Shown in pieces: positions 16,935 to 20,000 of a DNA stretch of 20,000 nt. A model generated the notes under the pieces. That model was not told the DNA's origin and did not search any database. It saw only the letters and a list, made by a program, of their open reading frames with translations. The DNA is from a candidate division WOR-3 bacterium (GTDB lineage Bacteria; SDB-A), in contig JAFGSQ010000037.1 in NCBI GenBank assembly GCA_016934535.1, positions 52,654-72,653 on the forward strand, read 5' to 3'. Made by a program: the position numbers and the translations under genes. Each line of letters starts with the position of its first letter. The first letter of the stretch is position 1.

Positions 16935-18833
16935 TTGAAAGAAAAAAACAGGTCTACCTCCGATATTTCCGAATTAAATCCCAAAGTACTTGAGCAGAAA
17001 ATTTCAAAAAGCGACGATCCCAAAAAAAAGATTTCTATGCTTATAGAGCTTGTCGCTTACCATGAAAAAAACAGAAATTACCACCTGAGCCTGCAGACTC
17101 TCGACAGGGCTCTGACGATGGCAATCGAAGACAGGAACGACGACGCTCTCGCGACTGTCTATCATATCACGGGGAGAATATATTACAGCATTAAGAACTA
17201 CGAAAAATCCATCGAGAACTACCTTAACGCTTTGACTCTGAGAGAAAGCCTCGACGACCCGGATAAGATATCAGCCACTCTGAATAATCTTTCAATAGTC
17301 TACATAGAAATCCTGAGATACGACAACGCCCTCGAATGTCTTTTCAAGGCGCTGAACTGCAGTGAATACACAGGTGATTACAGAAGCCTTTCCGGTATAT
17401 GCAACAACATAGGAATTCTCTACCTCAGAAGCGGCGATATTGATAAAGCCAACAACTATTTCGAAAAATCGCTTAAAACGATGGAAAATGCAGGCGACGA
17501 TCAAATACTTTCAGACCTTTACATGAACATTGGGACTACGTTGTGCGAGACAAACGATTTCAAAGAATCATTGGAATATTTTGAAAAAAGCATAAAGATA
17601 AAACAAAAAATAAACGACACCAGAGGTCTGTCTTCGGTGATGCTAAATCTCGGGAAAGCTTATCAAGGCATCGGAAATTTTTCAGAATCCCTGAATTTGC
17701 TTAATAAATCTCTCGAAGAAAGAAAAAAAACGGGTGACAAAAAAGATCTTGCAACAATAAATCACGCAATAGGAGCTGTATACGTTGAAATCGGAGACAA
17801 TCAGAAAGCCCGTGATTACTTTGAAAAGGCTTACGCTTATTCATCGGGAATAGACATGCCGTATCACAAAAACGAGATAGTTAAAGACCTTTCTGAAATA
17901 TGCAAGAAACTCGGCGACTTCGACAAAGCGTACAAGCTTTTAATAGAATACTACAAAATTCAGGAAGTGATAAACGACAACGAAAAGAAAACAAAAATAA
18001 TTGACATAGAACTGAACCACGAAATAGACAAGATAGAGAGAGAAAATAAAATCTTCAAAGAAAAAAACCTGGAGCTTGAAAAAGCGAAAAAGAAAATAGA
18101 TCTTCATCAGGTGGAATTGAATAAAGTTTACGAAGAACTTGCAAAGGTGATTCAGGTCAAGGAAAATCTCTTCGGTTTTATTTCCAAAGACCTCAAGGAG
18201 AGCATGGATTCAATAAATTCAGCGATCGAACTGATGTCCGCGAAGAAGAACGAAGACTCCGGAGACAGCTGCAAATACATCAAATCCATAAGCGAAACGG
18301 TAAAAGATTCTCTCGGTTTGATTGAAAGGATAACCAGGCTGTCTCATCTTGAAGAGCCGTCTTTTTCTTTGAAACTCACAAAAAAAGACATCCCGGTCTG
18401 CCTCGAAAAGCATTTTCCGTTGTTTGAAAAGACCGCGCAGAAAAAAAACATTAGTTTAAAGCTTTCGGTAAAAACCGTCCGTGCAGAGGTTTTTATTGAC
18501 GAGTCCGCGTTTATAGAGATAATTGAAAATGTTCTGGAGAACTCCATAAAATACACTGAACCTGGCGGAATTATTGAAATTGAGATCTCGCATAAATCCG
18601 GGAACGCAGTCCTGACGGTTAAAGATAACGGACTCGGGACTCTTTCTGAATACATTCCTTCTATCGGCGAAAAATTTCTTCCGTCTTCGAGAAACGGCAC
18701 GAGGGGAGAAAAAAGCGCGTGGCTGGGTCTTGTCATAGCGAAAAAACTTGTGATCTTTCACAAAGGCAGTATTTCAGTCAGATCAGAAATCAATTCAGGC
18801 ACAGAATTCAGAATACTTCTTCCTCTCGCTTGA
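16935..18833 (+). CDS. TPR-sensor histidine-kinase-like protein with degenerate H-box
   Basis: About 7-8 TPRs, coiled coil, ISKDLK in place of ISHDL, N-box ENVLENSIKYT, G1 VKDNGLG, G2 SAWLGL; no TM helix. Confidence 0.85.
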   Translation: MKEKNRSTSDISELNPKVLEQKISKSDDPKKKISMLIELVAYHEKNRNYHLSLQTLDRALTMAIEDRNDDALATVYHITGRIYYSIKNYEKSIENYLNALTLRESLDDPDKISATLNNLSIVYIEILRYDNALECLFKALNCSEYTGDYRSLSGICNNIGILYLRSGDIDKANNYFEKSLKTMENAGDDQILSDLYMNIGTTLCETNDFKESLEYFEKSIKIKQKINDTRGLSSVMLNLGKAYQGIGNFSESLNLLNKSLEERKKTGDKKDLATINHAIGAVYVEIGDNQKARDYFEKAYAYSSGIDMPYHKNEIVKDLSEICKKLGDFDKAYKLLIEYYKIQEVINDNEKKTKIIDIELNHEIDKIERENKIFKEKNLELEKAKKKIDLHQVELNKVYEELAKVIQVKENLFGFISKDLKESMDSINSAIELMSAKKNEDSGDSCKYIKSISETVKDSLGLIERITRLSHLEEPSFSLKLTKKDIPVCLEKHFPLFEKTAQKKNISLKLSVKTVRAEVFIDESAFIEIIENVLENSIKYTEPGGIIEIEISHKSGNAVLTVKDNGLGTLSEYIPSIGEKFLPSSRNGTRGEKSAWLGLVIAKKLVIFHKGSISVRSEINSGTEFRILLPLA

Positions 18834-18843
18834 GAAAAAACTT

Positions 18844-19383
18844 TCAGAAAAAATCTATAATATTTGATAAAAGAGGAAGCGTTCTGTCTTTTTCCGACAT
18901 CACGTGAGGTCCGTTCGGCCATGGAATGCCGAGTTCGGGGTCGTCAAATGAGATCCCTCTTTCGCAAGACACGTTATAATTGCCGGAAACGCAGTAGACA
19001 ACTTTTGCCGTTTCGCTCAAAACGCAGAATCCGTGGGCGAAACCTTTTGGTATGTAAAATATTTCGGGATTAGAAGAGTCGAGGACCGCGCTTGTCCAGT
19101 TTTTGAAAGTAGGAGATTTCAGTCTGATATCAACTGCGACGTCGAAAATCTTACCCTCGACGACGTGTATCAGTTTTGACTGACTGTGGGGTTCAATCTG
19201 GTAATGGAGTCCCCGCAAAGCGTTTTTAATCGAATAAGAATAATTGATCTGTTTGATTTCTTCGAAATCAGGAAATGGAGCTTTAGCCGAATTGAATATT
19301 TCGAAAAAACTCCCCCTCGCGTCCTCGAATTTGTCGAGTTCGGCGAGAATCAGCCCATTTATTGAAAGTTTTTTTATCTTCAT
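18844..19383 (-). CDS. rmlC: dTDP-4-dehydrorhamnose 3,5-epimerase
   Basis: FEDARGSFFE, LRGLHYQ, QSKL..V..G.IFDVAVDIR..SPTF, IPKGFAHGF, DPELGIPWP. Confidence 0.96.
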   Translation of the reverse strand: MKIKKLSINGLILAELDKFEDARGSFFEIFNSAKAPFPDFEEIKQINYSYSIKNALRGLHYQIEPHSQSKLIHVVEGKIFDVAVDIRLKSPTFKNWTSAVLDSSNPEIFYIPKGFAHGFCVLSETAKVVYCVSGNYNVSCERGISFDDPELGIPWPNGPHVMSEKDRTLPLLSNIIDFF

Positions 19384-19460
19384 GTTTCAAGAATTTTAAT
19401 ACAAAATCGCAAACATGTCCTGAAAAATTAATCCGCCTGTTATGATGGGTTTTATTTATG

Positions 19461-19649
19461 TGGTTAACTAAATTTATTCTTTGCTCTTATTCGTGATCAT
19501 TCTTGTCACGATATTTTCATCTATGATGAAAAATCGGATTCGTGGTTAACTTATTTGTATTTATTCTTGTTCATTTTTGGTTAACTTAATTTATTCTTTG
19601 CGTTTATTCTTGTTATGATATTTGAATATTCGATTCAAATATCGAATTC
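19461..19649. repeat. Imperfect direct-repeat element with terminal hairpins
   Basis: TGGTTAACT at 19461, 19543, 19578; 24-mer TGGTTAACTWAATTTATTCTTTGC at 19461 and 19578 (1 mismatch); six TYATTCKTK boxes; hairpins 19509-19536 and 19617-19643. Confidence 0.8.
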
Positions 19650-19667
19650 ATTGTTTTCACAGAACTA

Positions 19668-19696
19668 TTGACATAAATCAAAACAAAAAAGATAAT
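19668..19696 (+). promoter_or_regulatory. Near-consensus sigma70 promoter
   Basis: TTGACA (19668-19673), 17 nt, GATAAT (19691-19696); SD AAAGGAG 19705-19711. Confidence 0.8.
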
Positions 19697-19717
19697 TTAT
19701 ATAGAAAGGAGAATATT

Positions 19718-19834
19718 ATGGGAACAAAAGGAAAGAAAGACAAAGGCCAGAAAGAGGCCAAGAAAGAACCCAAATTCACGAAAAAAGAAAAAAGAAAAAT
19801 GAAACAGGAGAAAAAAGCTCAAAAAGATATTTAA
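19718..19834 (+). CDS. 38-aa Lys-rich small protein
   Basis: MGTKGKKDKGQKEAKKEPKFTKKEKRKMKQEKKAQKDI*; ATG 6 nt after AAAGGAG; promoter and terminator bracket it, so the track start at 19622 is too far upstream. Confidence 0.8.
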   Translation: MGTKGKKDKGQKEAKKEPKFTKKEKRKMKQEKKAQKDI

Positions 19835-19859
19835 TCTTTAACATTCAGATTTTATTTAT

Positions 19860-19887
19860 GGCGCTGACCCATTCAGCGCCTTTTTTT
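19860..19887 (+). terminator. Intrinsic terminator
   Basis: GGCGCTGA-CCCAT-TCAGCGCC followed by T7. Confidence 0.9.
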
Positions 19888-19922
19888 AAACTATCTCATC
19901 CAAATCAAAATCTAATTTCTAC

Positions 19923-20000
19923 CACGAAGTTATAAAATTTGTGATACAAATTTTATAAAGAAATATTTCTTTATGATTTTCTTCACTTCGTGAAGGAAAA
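19923..20000. repeat. Cluster of overlapping inverted repeats
   Basis: 13-3-13 TTATAAAATTTGT/ACAAATTTTATAA (19930-19958); perfect 20-mer ATAAAGAAATATTTCTTTAT (19955-19974); CACGAAGT/ACTTCGTG (19923-19930, 19985-19992); CTTCAC-TTC-GTGAAG (19981-19995). Confidence 0.75.

Noticed and set aside
228..19073. Many short track ORFs antisense to or nested in the long genes (e.g. 1733-2203, 4251-4628, 11471-11848, 18344-18736)
   Set aside because: They lie within well-supported genes and show no recognisable motifs; treated as shadow ORFs.
19491..19511. CRP site at TCGTGA-N9-TCACGA (tempting given the cyclase)
   Set aside because: The spacer is 9 nt, not the 6 nt of TGTGA-N6-TCACA.
19461..19649. CRISPR array
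   Set aside because: Two full and one partial repeat with irregular spacing (82 and 35 nt), intervening sequences resemble each other, and no cas genes.
19622..19717. 70-aa version of the Lys-rich ORF
   Set aside because: The extension runs through the hairpin and promoter; the SD supports ATG 19718.
19939..19956. Rex operator starting TTGTGA
   Set aside because: The right half-site does not match TCACAA; the symmetry is centred elsewhere.

Overview
A gene-dense bacterial chromosome segment (standard code, sigma70-type promoters, many TTG/GTG starts), almost all on the + strand. The gene mix suggests a diderm, possibly from a candidate phylum such as WOR-3, but that is only an impression. 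From left to right: MoxR AAA+ ATPase, DUF3108-like protein, mannose-1-phosphate guanylyltransferase, RdgB/HAM1 pyrophosphatase, tRNA-Pro(TGG), a membrane-anchored hypothetical, GH57 glucanotransferase/amylase and a HEAT + CFI-box-CTERM protein. Next come a 40-aa histone-H1-like peptide missing from the ORF track (own promoter, structured 3' region, terminator), a charged small protein, a beta-barrel, an amidohydrolase, an L,D-transpeptidase-like protein, a CapA protein and a DedA/VTT protein. The right part holds a 1478-aa double class III cyclase-STAND NTPase-TPR protein overlapping a dCMP deaminase, a TPR histidine-kinase-like protein lacking its phospho-His, and a lone rmlC. The AT-rich end has a duplicated repeat-plus-hairpin element, a 38-aa Lys-rich peptide and a cluster of perfect palindromes. 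The best candidates for novelty are the cyclase-STAND/deaminase/pseudokinase trio, the 19.46-19.65 kb repeat element and the tiny basic proteins. No mobile element or CRISPR array is visible.
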